Source: Octopus bimaculoides (taxonomy: Eukaryota). From it: a stretch of DNA of 64,000 bases. Each line of letters starts with the position of its first letter. Position 1 is the first letter of the stretch. A program made the position numbers and the translations under genes. Shown here piece after piece: positions 1-13,544 of the stretch. The stretch is taken from positions 81,512,090 to 81,576,089 of the forward strand of contig NC_068988.1 in NCBI RefSeq assembly GCF_001194135.2. The letters are read 5' to 3'. The notes under the pieces were generated by a model, which made no database searches, had not been told where the DNA came from, and saw nothing but the letters and a program-made list of their open reading frames with translations.

Positions 1-603
1 TAAGGAATTTAGATGCTCCAATAATGTGCAATGGTATGTGGATGATTATCAAAAAATTGTGCTCCCGAGTTCTGTAGGCAACAATCTTGAATGAACCGGC
101 CGCTGGCTAAGACATACTTATAACTCCCATGTCCCTTACCCACTCCGATACGACCTACAAGTTTAAACAGATGCAATTTCCCATCAAACTGCTTTCCCAT
201 GACCATGAACAAGGCGCAGGGACAATCAGTGCAAGCGGTTGGTTTGAATCTGACAGATCAAGTATTCTCACATGCACAACTGTATGTTGGCTGTCTCCAG
301 GGTCTTTCTATTTGTGCACCTGAGGAAAGGACAAAGAATGTTGTCTACCAAGAGGCACTCCTATGATAACAGCTGCAACTTCAACTGCTCCAATTTCAAC
401 ACCGCAATTTTTTCATCATCCTGCCAGCCCACGTAAGTCCAGTCTTGCTTTGCTCTCCTTACTAACTCACCATGACATTTTTTTTTTTCTACCAAGATCT
501 GTCACCCAAACACCACTTCATATCCACTTCTTCCCCTTTTTTATGTCTTCGTTTCTCTCTTCGCGCCGTTCTCTGACGGGGTGAAACTGGGCTTAGCTGC
601 TAG
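1..603 (+). mobile_element. Helitron 3' end with frameshifted PIF1-like helicase C-terminus
   Basis: Pieces RNLDAPIMCNG, KFKQMQFPIKL and MTMNKAQGQSVQAVGLNLTDQVFSHAQLYVG match Helitron helicase motifs. Short hairpin ccgt-tctctg-acgg near 566-579, then CTAG at 600-603 followed by T. Confidence 0.9.
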
Positions 604-1089
604 TATATATATATATAGGTGAGAAAGTTGGTATGTGAAAGCACGTGGTTGGATATATGAAAGATAAAAAAGAGTGAAAAAACTACAGAAGGCTTGTGTT
701 ATATGGTTAAAGTATATATTTAAATCGTTATGTTAGAAAAATGTTATAAAATTGTTTTTGAAGAAATAACCAGTTTCGTATTTTCTTTTCAAATTTCTCA
801 AATTTCTCTACCTGTATCATATCATGTCTTCGCTATGGTGTAAGTTCTTTAACTGGTTTCAGTTAGTGAACAGTGGTGGTCGTGATAGGACACCAACTAC
901 TTAGATGATTATATTAGCCCTGATTTTTATTTCCGTCTTGTATACATTTTACCAATTTCTATGTTGAATTGCAAAGTCACATGATACAAAAGGACACAAC
1001 ATAGATAAATTCAGGATTTACACTGGTGTAAACATAAACAAACACTCCCACATGCACTGACATGCATACACACATGCATGCATGCATTG

Positions 1090-1746
1090 GAATGAACGAA
1101 AGATTGCTATTAAATACCTATGAAACAAAAGAGACAGTGAAGCTCTTGGAGTTCCCAGATGCAACAGAAAATATAGACTATGTCATATTTCTGTGGAAGA
1201 CATCACAAGTGTGATTAGTAACTGCCCCAAAATATCATCACGGTACTACCTTCCTATGCAATAACAATATGCAATGGCATTTGGAGAAAAGACTGCCCTG
1301 GAATAAATATAGAGAATCCCCCTGTTATTGGATATGTACACAAATACCTGCACATGGAATACTGGTGGAACATTTCTATCAAATCAGCTGTCAAGGGTAC
1401 ACATTACAAGCCAGATATTGTTATTTGGAACCAACAAGAAAAAGTGTGTATAGTCATAGAGGTTAGCTGTCCTGCTGATGTGAATATCTCTTTGAAAATG
1501 AAAGAGAAAGTAGATAACTGTGGACAATTGCTTCAAAACCTCATGCTTCTTTATTTAGATTAGGAATTCACATTTATACCAATAATAATTGGTGCACTTG
1601 GTATTTTGAGTAAATGCCTAAGTGAAAATTTGGATAAGCTATGGTTTTCAGGGAAAGAAATCAGCCAAATAACTCACACATTACAAATACAATTTATAAA
1701 TGGAAGGGTAAAAATATGCAAGACTTTTCTCAAGTTAAAAATGTGA
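1090..1746 (+). mobile_element. RLE-type non-LTR retrotransposon 3' fragment (R4/NeSL-like)
   Basis: Decayed CCHC knuckle (RLCHISVEDITSVISNC), then KPDIVIWNQQEKVCIVIEVSCPAD (PD..D/E endonuclease core) and PIIIGALG. Stops and frameshifts present. Confidence 0.75.
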
Positions 1747-1867
1747 TGTTTTTGTTATCTACATTCCAGTGATGGAGTTTTGTGTCTGTCAGAAAGCAGC
1801 TCCTTCCTCAGAGGAAGAATTTAAATAATTAAAAACAGAAGAGAACATACATTCAGGCATGCAAGTA

Positions 1868-2651
1868 AAATTAATGTTATGTACATTTCAGTGAATGACT
1901 CCCAGTTATTATATATTACATATAAAAGTTATGCAATTCTTAGCAACAAATTTAGAGTCCTTTGACATCTTCAGATATTATAATTTGATTTGCAACCAAC
2001 TTATATCTATATATATATCTTTTTCTTTCTCTCTCTTTCTCCTCCACCTTCTCTCTCTCTCTCTCTCTCTCTCTGGCTGGGTAACCATGTACATCCTCTA
2101 CAACAAGACACCTGTTTTTGCATGCATGCATACATACACACATACATACAAAGTTGTAACCTTTACAGTTCTAGTCAAATACTTTGTTAGGCGGCTTCCT
2201 GTGTGAAGTGCTGCTGAGGTGATATGTCTGGATTTGACTTATCTTATCAATTATCATATATATATGAGTGTGTGTATATGTATGTGTGTGTGTGTGGAGG
2301 GGGGGGGGTAAGCAAAAAGCAGGTGATCACTTCAGCACCACTTCATGAAGGAACCTGTTTGAATAGCAATGTAAAGGTTACACCTTTAGATTTAGCAAAG
2401 AATGGTTGGTTATACTTCAGTCAATCTTTAGAGAAGCACTTCACCAATCCAAGGCATGTATAGCAAATATGTATGTCATAATCCCCTTCAAGTAAATCAC
2501 AATAATTTTAATTAAGAAAACGAGAAGTCAAATTAATGTTATGCACATTTCAGCTGAATGCCAGTTATTACATGTTACACATAAAAGCTATGCAACTCTT
2601 TGCAACAAATTTAAGGTCCATTGACATTTTCAGACATTATTTAATTTGCAA

Positions 2652-2713
<62 letters not shown>

Positions 2714-2734
2714 GCCAGGTAACCATGTACACCC
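1868..2734 (+). repeat. Local direct duplication of about 200-230 bp (1868-2096 and 2530-2734)
   Basis: Both copies start aaattaatgttatg, contain gcaacaaattta and tttgcaaccaactt, then (CT)n, and end ggtaaccatgtaca. Confidence 0.85.
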
Positions 2735-2849
2735 GTTTTTGTCTCTGCACACTCTAATCATTTACCATCTGACACAAGATTACCTCCTCCAATGCCTCTG
2801 CCCCTCTCAAAGATTCCTTGTCTTGCAAACTTGCAAAGTTATATGGTGA

Positions 2850-3166
2850 CCCTGCCGGTGCTGGTGCCACTTAAAAAGCATCCAGTCCTCACTGTAAAGT
2901 GATTGGTATTTGGAAGAGCTTCCAGCTGCAAAAACTATGCCAAAACTGACCTCGCTTTTGCAGGTGCCATGTAAAAAAAAAAAAAAAAAAGCATTCAGTC
3001 CACTCTGAAGGGTAGTTAGTGTTAGGAAGCAGATCCAACCATAAAAACCATGCCAAAACAGATACAGAGGTATGGCGCAGGCTTCTGCCTAGTCAGCTCC
3101 TATCAAACTGTCCAACCCAAGCCAGCATGGAAGGAGGAGATTAAACAATGATGATGGTGATGATGA
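2850..3166 (+). mobile_element. Short RTE 3'-tail copy, representative of many
   Basis: gccacttaaaaagca..gcttccagctgca..ccaacccaagccagcatggaa..(GAT)n. Further approximate copies: 10350-10630(+), 11205-11370(+), 14860-14947(+), 21765-22025(-), 23735-23800(-), 31540-31655(+), 33470-33555(+), 34575-34780(+). Confidence 0.8.
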
Positions 3167-3565
3167 TATATATATTTATTATACATATGTGTGTGTACAT
3201 ATACACACTGTTTATTTAGAACATCTTGCAGATACAAGTTATACAAATTAAAAGCTCTGCTGTGTACTAGAAATTAGCAAGCTTATGGAATCATCAGTAG
3301 AAAATATACACCATTCTGGTTCCTTCCTGTCAACTGTTTTGTTGTATACCAGCCTCCTAACTGATATGTACCCAACTTGCTAGGTCAGCTAGTTACCAGC
3401 CATGTAGCATCTTTTCCTTATCTCTTTTTTAACAAAATTCATTAGTTTGCCTGCTCAGCTCTGGTTTGCTTATCTTGGATATCTTTTGTGGTATTTCTTT
3501 TGTGAAGATTCAGACTTAGTAACAATGGCTGTCAACTCTTATTGCTTCTTAGTAATCATCTACTG

Positions 3566-3901
3566 CAGTGGTTCTCAACTGGAGACCATATGACCCCTCA
3601 TGGTCCATATGAGATTTAGGGGAGCCACTTAATAATAAAATTGGGTCCACAGGAGCATTTTATGGGTCTATGAAAATGTTTTGCTTTAGATATATTTATT
3701 GCAAAAATGCAGTCAAGTTTCTTTCTCTGATGTTTTATATAGTTTGGCCTACACCACAAGTGTATATTTGATAAACAAAATAGGAATTTTGAAAGAAGTA
3801 TCCATAAAGCTAGTTTTCAAACACTGAATGGCTATAGGGATCCACCAGAATGATATAGTAATCTAAGAGATCTGTAGATAAAAAATGGTTGAAAACCACT
3901 G
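3566..3901. mobile_element. hAT (Charlie-like) MITE
   Basis: TIRs cagtggttctcaac / gttgaaaaccactg. 8-bp TSD atctactg / atctacag (7 of 8 match). Confidence 0.85.
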
Positions 3902-4083
3902 ATCTACAGTCAACTATAATTAGACAATATGCTGTCTTCCTGTCAGTACCCTCATGTTCTCCAAAGAGATGCTCATATATAAGAAATCTAGTTGATAAAA
4001 TTTACCCACAACCTTGATGTGTCCCATTTGGTACAGAAGAAGAAAATTAAAATGAGAGTTAGATGTTAAAACTTTTGACTCAC

Positions 4084-4272
4084 CTGTATTTTTTATATCC
4101 AAGTATACAAAATTGATAAGGATCTTATACTGACTCTCAACTTTTATAAGCCAAGTGCATTGTACATTAGCAGGAAATGGTGCTGGGAAATGTGGAGATG
4201 TGATAACACCTCCCATACCATGAACAAACTCGGCACTACAGGGTTTATCAGGGGGTCCAAATGGTTGCCAAC
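4084..4272 (-). CDS. CUB-domain protein, coding exon C (linker plus first half of CUB domain 2)
   Basis: Acceptor ttttttcttttcag|GT and donor ACAG|gtgagt. G|GT continues the exon B frame: GWQPFGPPDKPCSAEFVHGMGGVITSPHFPAPFPANVQCTWLIKVESQYKILINFVYLDIKNT. 189 bp, phase 1 at both ends. Family (SOL-1/Neto/tolloid/cubilin-like) cannot be resolved from these exons. Confidence 0.9.
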
Positions 4273-5504
4273 CTGAAAAGAAAAAAAAACGGAATATAAA
4301 TTTTTACATCAAAAGAAAAGTCAAAGTACACGCTTGCATAACTGTCTGTCTCTCTAAAGTTCTAAAGTTGCGATAAAAAAAAAGACAGATTAAGTATTTA
4401 TTGGAAGTTTTGGTTGAATAAAAGAGGAATATATTGTTAGATAGGGGAAACCTATTAGCATTCATTTATTCTTTTATCCTTTTCTACTTCAAAGCATTGG
4501 ACCATGGCTATGCTGGGGCAATAACCACAAGGAATTTAGCCAATTATATTAAGCCCTGCACTTTACCTCATACCTATTCCAATATTCTTGTAAAATATAA
4601 AATGATAATTGGACATTGTTGGACCTCACCCCAAAATATGGGTCAATTTTCTTTTTTGTGATATGAGGGAAAGTAGGACTCTTCACTGAGTTTCCAACAC
4701 TGGTGGGAAGAACTGAAAGTATTCTCAAAACGATCTTGCCTGAATGTTTATAAAAGAGCAGACTCTGTTAAAGGTACCAGATGGATTAAAACCCAAGGAG
4801 GTTATGGTAGGATTTGATCTTAGAGTACCAAGGGCTGAAACAAGTACAGCAAAGCTTCATGTTGCATGTTGTTACAGGTCCACTAATCCACTATTTTGAA
4901 ATAGTACCTTTTATTATGGTATCAAAAGAATGAAAGAGAAAGTTAACCTTAATAGGATTTGAGCTTAGGGCACCAAGGAGCAGAACAAATATCACAAGTC
5001 AATCTAATCCAATACTCTAACAATTCAACTTATCAACCACCTAAAATTTAAATAAATATACATAAACCTTTCAGTCCATGAGCTTAATTCTTACATAGTG
5101 ATAATTTCTACTGCATAGCTATCTTTGAATTGGCTACTATTTCCGGTGGTCAAGTTGTTCTCCTTCCCTCCCTTATATAAATCTTTCACTCACAAAGCTG
5201 CTCCCACCAGTAGTCTCATCCACATTACTGCTGCACCAAAAAGTGTCTACATTACTTATTTAGTCAATTAACAAACTGCCTATTCTTTTCTCTCTACCTA
5301 TTATGATTTAACCAATTAGCTGTTTGTTTATATATTTTAATCATTGACCCATTTATGTTTGTAATAATAATGCTTATCATAATAATAGTTACAACACTTT
5401 GCAATTTTAACATGATTGAATGATGGGAGATTAAAGTGGGAACAACGAATATGACATACTTGTTATCAAATCATCATTGAAGCCTTCTTTTCAGAAGCTG
5501 AATA

Positions 5505-8305
5505 CCATCCCCACCTTCTCATGTTCCTCCCATGTCTCTTTCCAGTTTCTCAGAGTTAGTACTGTCAATGTAGGTAGGGTGAGATTGTTGAGATGCTTGA
5601 ATGGAAGCATGTTGATGCATGTTGCATTCAAGAAGTAAAGTGGAAGGGAGCTTCAGTCAGGTTCCTCACGAGCAAGACACATAAATATAAAATAAATATA
5701 AAATCTTTTGGGAAGGTAACAGTGATGGGGTAGGTGGTGTTGGTAGACTTCTTGCAGAGAAATGGATTGATAAGGTCATAGAGATAGTCAGAGTGTGTGA
5801 TAGAGTACCTAATCTCAGGCTAGTTTTGAAGAATAGTACAGCAACAATTATCTTTGCCTATGCACCTCAGGTGCTACCATATGAAAAAAAGGACCGCCTT
5901 TATGATATTCTTCTGCAGGATACCTCAAAAACAAATGACAGTGACCTCATCTTCATGGCTGGTGATTTCAATGGATATGTTGGGTAGCAGCTTCGGTGGA
6001 GTACATGGGGGCTATGGAATTGGTTACCATAATGAAGTAGGGACAAGGCTACTGGAGTTCTGTGATGTGAATAACCTAATGATTGACAACACCAATTTCA
6101 GGAAGCCAGCCAATCACCTGATTGCCTATCAATCAGGTGATCACACTAGCCAGATTGATTACATCCTCACCAGACAGAGAAATACATGGTTGTTCATAAA
6201 TGCAAAGGCTTAAAATGTTTTGAATTGTAAGACAGAGTGTCAGAGAAAAGTGTGATATGGTAGGAGAGAAATGTGCTTGCATGGATGATGGCTCACTCAC
6301 AGTTAGTGATTTTGCAAAGAAGGAAGCTTGCAAGTGCCACTATGAAAGACTGCTAAATATAGGGAATGAATGGGAGAAGGAGAGCCTGCCTAATGTGGAC
6401 CAACAAAAGGACCGGCTATTTGAATCAACAGTAGCTTAGTAGATAAAACAATTAAGGATATGAAGACAAAGAAAGCCTCTGGACCATCAAGAATCACTGC
6501 TGAGGTCCTTAAAATCTCTGTGGGATGGGTCATAACCTGGTCACCCATATAGTTAATCAAGTTGTTCAAAAGGGAGTCATACTCAATGACTGGTGTAGCA
6601 GCATTGTAGTCAACTGCTACAAAGGCAACAGTGACTCCATAAACAGAAATAACTATAGAGGAATCAAGTTGCTGGACCAAGTAATGAAAGTAGCAGAAAG
6701 GATCATAGCTCAGTTAATTAAGAATAGAGTTAGCACAGATGAGAGGCAGTTTGGATGTGTACCAGAGAGAAGAACCACTGATGCAATTTTCCTGGTGCGG
6801 CAACTGCAGGAGAAATATTTATCCCAAAATAAACCTCTCTTTCTGGTTTTTGTTGACATGGAGAAAATCTTTAACAGGGTCTCCGCTCCCTTATCTAGTG
6901 ATTAGTAAGAGCTGTACAAGCCATGTACAGGGATGTTGTTAGAAGAGTGGGAGTCACCAATGAGAATAACAAGGAGTTTAATGTACAAATAGGAGTCCAC
7001 CAAGGCTTGGTTCTTAACCCCCTATAAATGAGGAATTTAAGACTAGCTGCCTTTGAGAGGTCCTCTATGCCAATGACCTTGTTCCTATTGCTGAATCACT
7101 ACCAGAACAAGAGAAGAAATTTCAGGTATGGAAGCACAAACTGGAATTAACTAAGACCAAAATATTGATAAGTAGGAAAACAGACAAATCACAAATCCCT
7201 CCAGGAAGATGACCCTGCTTGATATGTAGAAAAGGTGTCAGGAGAAACTCCATAAGGTGTACCCAGTGCAAGCTATGGACACATAAGAAATGCAGTGGTA
7301 TCACTGAGTGACTAACGGAGAAGGTAGTCTTTACATGTGACAGATGTGCAGGTACATTAAACACCAGGAATGTACAAAAATAGACACCTTCATGTGTAGT
7401 GGGGATCCCTAAAAGTAGTAGACAGTTTCTCTTAATTAAGTGACCAAGTTAGTAGAGTGGGTGGTTGTTCCAAAACCATAGCTGCTAGAATAAGAATAGG
7501 CTGGACAAAGTTCAGAGTGTTACTACCCCTGTTTGTAACGAAGGATCTCTCCTTCAAAGTGAAAGGCACATTGTATGATGCCTATGTACGAACAGCTATG
7601 CTGCATAACAGTGAGACATGGGCTGTGACTACTGAGGATAAGTGAAGGCTTGAAAGAAATGTAGCCAGTATGCTTTGCTGGGTGGGTAGTCAATGTGCAT
7701 ATTCAACAAAGTGTAAATGATTTAAGGGAAAAATTAGATATAAGAGGTATCAGATGTGGTGTACAAGAGAGAAGACTGCACTGGTAAGGCCATGTAATGT
7801 GTATAAACAAAAACAGTTGCATTAAGATGTGCTGATCTTCAATTGTAGAAGGAACATGTGGAAGGGGCAGACCCAGGAAGACGTGGGATGAAGTGGTGAG
7901 AAAGGATCTAGAAATGTTGGAAGTTACAGAGGGGATGACAGGGGACTGAGACTCCTGGTGGTTTTCTTTGCTTGAAATGACACGTCAAGATAAGTAAAAG
8001 TGTGGTTGTCCTTGTATACAGCTTCATCTCATGCAACCCTCTCCAACTGAGTATCCCTAATCTTGCAGGTTCATAGGTGTTGATGCCACATAAAAAGCAC
8101 CGGTGCTGGTGCTGCATAAATGTATCCAGTACACTCTGTAAAGTGGTTAGCATTAGAAAGGGCATCCAGCTGTAGAAATCATGTCAAAACAGACAGGGAG
8201 CCTGAGCAGTCCTTCAGCTGGTCGGCTCCTATCAAACTGCCCAACCTATGCCAACATGGAAAACAGATTTTAAAGGACGATGATGATTATCCTGATGATG
8301 ATGAT
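5505..8305 (+). mobile_element. RTE-clade LINE, near full length, decayed
   Basis: AP endonuclease: LRVSTVNVG, AYAPQ, AGDFNGYVG, SQIDYIL. Reverse transcriptase: NYRGIKLL, TTDAIFLVRQLQEKY, FVDMEK. C-terminus GRPRKTWDEVVRKDL, and a 3' UTR ending ggcatccagctgtagaa..catggaaa..(GAT)n. Many stops and frameshifts. Confidence 0.92.
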
Positions 8306-8867
8306 ATTGGTTGTGAAACCATGCTGGTATAAACACGTACATTCTGTGGGCTTCCGCAGTTTCCATCAAACAAATTCTACTGACAAAATACTGATCAATT
8401 CAAGGCTTTGATAAAAGATGCTAACTCAAAGTGTTGTGCAATGGGATTGAACCATGAAACTGAGCTTCTTAACTACTTGGCTATAACTGTAGCTTGCATG
8501 TTTTTTTTTCATTTAGTTATAGGTTTTTCCATGCAAAACAGTCAGTGATCCATGGCTGTGTGGTTAAGAAGATTGCTTTGCAACCATGTGGTTTTGGATT
8601 CAGTTCCACTGCACTGCACCTTGAGCAAGTGACTTCTGCTTTAGCCCTTGGCTAACCAATGTCTTGTGAGTGAATCTGGAAGATGGAAACTGTATGGAGG
8701 CCCATCACACATGCATACACACACATCATGTATGTGTATGTGCCATTGTGTTTATGTTGTGTCAGTGACCCTTCTTTTACTACTTGACTGCTGATGTTGG
8801 CTTGTTTGCATCCCTATAACTTAGCAGCTCAGTAAAAGAGGTTGATAGAATAAGTACTGGACTTAAA

Positions 8868-9099
8868 GGTGGTGAGCTGGCAGAGACGTTAGCACGCCGG
8901 GCGAAATGCTTAGCAGTATTTCGTCTGCCGTTATGTTCTGAGTTCAAATTCCGCCGAGGTCGACTTTGCCTTTCATCCTTTCGGGGTCGATAAATTAAGT
9001 ACCAGTTACGCACTGGGGTCGATGTAATCAACTTAATCTCTTTGTCTGTCCTTGTTTGTCCCCTCTATGTTTAACCCCTTGTGGGCAATAAAGAAATAA
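8868..9099 (+). mobile_element. tRNA-derived SINE family A, young copy inserted in a family B copy
   Basis: A-box-like ggtgagctggcagagacgttagc, B-box-like gagttcaaattcc, body gactttgcctttcatcctttcggggtcgataaattaagtaccag. TSD of about 20 bp: gaataagtactggactt(a/g)aa. Other approximate copies: 19955-20195(-), 22450-22670(-), 30105-30320(-), 33235-33450(+), 36080-36300(+), 37736-37950(+), 38352-38555(+), 42640-42870(+), 45230-45300(+, partial). Confidence 0.85.
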
Positions 9100-10592
9100 G
9101 AATAAGTACTGGACTTGAAATATTAGTACATAGGTTGATTTGTTTGACTAAACACTTCAAGGCACATTAATTACATTATTTACATTTCCTCATCTCTTGA
9201 ATATAGAACTGCACTTCAAAGCAGTGCCACAGCATGGTCGTAGTCCAACAATTGAAGCAAGTAAAAGATAAGAGCTATATAACAACCATATTGTTTTCAT
9301 CTGAATGGCATCAACATCTCATATACAGAACTACTGTTGTTACAATAGTGATAGCTGGAATATTGGTGTTGCTGTAAGAAGAATGGTAGTAATGGAAGAA
9401 GTGTTGATGACATTATCAACAAAGTGAAAACAATTTAAAGCTCCATTTTGGTGGAACACCCTGTAGACAAACAATAATTATTTGCTTCAGTGGACATGTA
9501 GTTTCGATTTTAACACCAGATTACACTTGAAATAAACAAACAGAATGTTGGCTATGGTGAGTACGATGCTGGAAGTCAGTGTAAATTCACAAATTAATGA
9601 AAGTTTTGCTAAATATTTCTGTTTGTTTATGATAAAAAATAAAATTAAGTCATGTCTTGTTTATTAGTTTACGTTTTTTGGAGATTAAGGTTTATTAGTT
9701 TTCTCATAAATAAATATTTCTCTATATTTACTCCTGGATTATCTAATTTATACCAGCATTAAAAAAAATAAATGGAAGTTAAAACACTTTAAATCCAATA
9801 ATGCCAGTATTATCAACATGTAGATAATAGATGTATTTATTGGAATTTTTTCTGCTTATATAAGGTCAAGAAGCAGGTTTCATGTAACAAAAAATATTTC
9901 TTATATATAGGCACAAGTATAATTTTGTGGCTAAGAGGTTTGTTTTCCTATCATGTAGTTTCAAGTTCAATCCCACTACACATCTTGAGCAAGTGTCTTC
10001 TGGTTTAGTCTCAAACTGACTGATATTTTTTTAGTGGACTTGGTAGATGAAAACTGTGTGGAAGCCTATGATATGTGTATATGTATGTGTGAGGACATGC
10101 ATATGCATACATTTGTATTTGTGTTCATCTCTCATTGCATGACAACTGGTGTTGGTTTGTTTACATCCCCTTAGTGGTCCAGTAAAAAGAAACTGACAGA
10201 ATAAGTACCAGACTTTAAAACAAGTATTGGAGTTGACTTGTATCAAACCTATCAATGCATTGCCCCAGCATGGCCACAATTCAATGTGGGAAACATGCAA
10301 AGAGTAAACGAAATTATAATCTGTTTTACATATAAAATTAGGATCTGCTAAAACCAAGGTGCCATGTAAAAAGCATTGCTGTGGTGTTGGTGCCATGTAA
10401 AAGGCACTGGCACTGGTGCCACATAAAAGGCACCCAGTACATCTTGTAAAGTGATTGACATTAGAAAAGGCCATCCAATCATCCAACAATAGAAACCAAG
10501 CCCAAACAGACTGTGGAATCTGGTGTGGCCCCTGGCCTTACCAGTTCCTGTCAAGTCGTCCAACAAATGCCAGCATGGAAAATGGATGTTAA

Positions 10593-10630
<38 letters not shown>

Positions 10631-11832
10631 ATGCTATTTTACCAAATATACCAGTGTCTCAGACATTGAATAAATGTAGTCAGTTGAGCATATCTGGTAG
10701 TTTGAGAAACAGCTCCACGGAGCAACATCTTTCTCTACGCTTGATATCAAAATATGTTGCGGGGGAATTTTCTTACAACAATAGAAAATGTTCAAAGATC
10801 AATAATTCAGCAACAACTGTCAGATATTAGAATTGCTTGCGTGCAATGAAGTTGTTCAATTGTAAAAACTCCTTAGAACAAATTCATGGTTCTGGTTTTG
10901 TTGTTGTTTTTTTTTTCTCATAGCAGCAACATATTGGAAGCAACATGAAATATGAACAATATGTGTTGTTATTGAGTTAAACGAATATATATATATATTG
11001 TAGTTTATTATTTCCTCCTTTTTTTTTCTTAATTCCTCCCCTTTTTTCAACCCAGTCAGTAATCCCTTCTATTACTTTCCATTCCTCATCTTCCCTCTCT
11101 GGATCACTGTCTACTTTCTCTTCAGGCTTCCTTCTGTTATAGGGGCCACTTTAGGGCCTTAGCTTTGCAAGTTACATAGTAATCGTTACTATGCTGTGAA
11201 CACTATGTTAAGTGATTGATATTAGGAAGAGCATCCAGCCATAAAAACCATGCCATAGCAGACACTGGAGCACAAAGCAGTTCTCTGACTCATCAAATAC
11301 TGTAAAACCATCCAACCCATGCCAGTATGGAAGCCAAACATTAAGTGATGATGCTGATGCTGATTATATTTATTTGGACAATTTTGTTTTATGATATTTT
11401 GTACATTCACATTGCTTTGTAAACAAGCTGTCATGACAGGTAATCCAATCTTCTTTCATTCAATGTAAGGTCAACAAGTATTTCTTCCATTCTCAACTGC
11501 TGGCAGACATTCCAGTCTCCTATCTCTGCCAACTCTGCCAATTTTGCTTAAATATACAGCAGGTACAATCTGCTTTCCAACCACATGGCTTCAGGCTTAT
11601 TCTCACAATGTGGCACTCTTTATGAGTGAATTTTGTAGTCAGAAACTATGTGGAAGCCTGTTTGTTTGTTTGTTTCTTTCTTTCTTTCTTTGCTTGTTTG
11701 TTTGAATGCTGAAGGGTTTATACACTGACAAAATGATGAAAAACGAAAGAAAAAACCCCAGTGAAGAACACATCTGATAATTGTCCAAGATAGAAACTGC
11801 CTGAAATAAAATGGGATGGCCATGTCTGGTGT

Positions 11833-12095
11833 GGAGGCATATGGCTTAGTGGTTAGGGTGTTAGACTCATAATTGTAAGATTGTAGTTTCAATTCCTGGA
11901 TCAGACAATGCATTGTGTTCTTGAGTAAAACACTTCATTTCATGTTGCTCCAATCCACTCAGCTGGTAAAAATGAGTAATCTTGCAATGGATCAGCATCC
12001 TGTCCAGCGGGGAATATATATGCCAAAGAAACCAGAAAACTGGCCCTGTGATTCTTATAAAGTAATGTTTGGCATGTCTTTTATCTGCTGGATCA
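11833..12095 (+). mobile_element. tRNA-derived SINE family C
   Basis: A-box-like tggcttagtggttag, B-box-like gtttcaattcct, body ttgagtaaaacacttcatttcatgttgctcca. Other copies at about 40770-41000(-) and 63890-64000(-, partial). Confidence 0.75.
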
Positions 12096-12307
12096 GTTAC
12101 AACAAAATTATAAATCTTCACTAAAAGACATCCTCATTAAAAGGTTGTCTTCATTTGATAATTTCTGTTAAATGTTAGGTTTTACAAATTCTTCTCTGGT
12201 ATTTCTATCATCCCTTCCAAACACTGTGTTCTGCTTCACTGAACTGACTGATTCTTCCTCTCTACTGTGCCTGATTAACATAAAATATGTTTTAGAATAG
12301 AGTGGGG

Positions 12308-12338
<31 letters not shown>

Positions 12339-12965
12339 CACTGCCAAGATAGCTTTACTCTGTCTAATCTGTCTCATTTTTTAATAATGTTTATCCATGA
12401 CAAGTTGAATGGAAAATCTGTCAAACTTAAGGTAACTTTAATTGATGTTAACTTCAGTTTTTCCATGTTGTAGCAGTTGCTGATTATGATCATGATGACA
12501 AGGCGGAGGATGTTGGTGATGAGAGTGGTGGTGATGGTGATGATGATGATGAAAGTGTTTGAGGTGGTGGGGGTGATGATGGAAACAGTAATGATGATGA
12601 TCAGAATGATGAAGATGGTGATGATAAAGGTCTCCTAAATCGCTTAGAATATCATTCTTTATGTAGAAATAACCAGTCTTGGTTCTAAATTATCAGTTCT
12701 AAATAATCAATTGTTGGTTCTAAATAATCCTGGTGACAATTCCCCAAACACCCCATCCCCACCCAATGTTACCCAACACCCACCCTTATCTGCTACTAGT
12801 CAAAATAATGGTCCTTTGATCTATTAGTCTTTGAGTAATGAAAAGAATAAGGACTAAGGTCAATTTGTTTGACAAAATACTTAAAGACCCTGATGCTTCA
12901 GCATGCCAGGGTCCAATGACTGGAACAACTAAAAAGTAAACAATAAAAGAGACCATTGTCTAGAC

Positions 12966-13110
12966 CAGGAGTTCTGAACTATTTTTTGTGTTTATGAACC
13001 CCTGTGATTCCTATTTTACGCAGGGGGAAGGACTCCCATTAGTCATTTGATGTCTAAAAACTCCTATTATATTTTTATGATTACATATATATTAGGAATC
13101 TTATAAAAAA
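12966..13110. mobile_element. Single end of a hAT MITE
   Basis: gtctagac (NTCTAGAN target) is immediately followed by caggagttctgaactatttttt. The partner end was not found. Confidence 0.5.
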
Positions 13111-13313
13111 ATCTTCTGATATGATAAAACACTCAGTGTGTCCCTGTTGGTCACACTGTAAGCTGTAGGGAGAGAAGAGTAAAACAACATATGAAGTGGG
13201 AGTGGGTGGCAGTGGGAGATGCTAGGGAAAGAAGAATAAAACAACAAATGGAGTGGCAGTCAGAATCAACAGTATTTAAATGAAAAGGGAATTAACTGTT
13301 GATCGTAAATTCC

Positions 13314-13352
<39 letters not shown>

Positions 13353-13544
13353 AAAGGCATATATATTACATACAATAAAATGACTTCATCGGTCAAAAAA
13401 TGTAAGCAAACATATGCATCTGCATGCACATTCATGCACTCACACATGCATATGTATGCCCATGCATAGATGTACATAAATAAGTATGCGTATATATGAG
13501 CATATATATATAAACACACACACGCATACACATCTATATGTCAT

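Noticed and set aside
1-4083. Next CUB exon downstream of exon C
   Set aside because: No phase-1 exon encoding C..D.L..CG was found; it probably lies beyond position 1.
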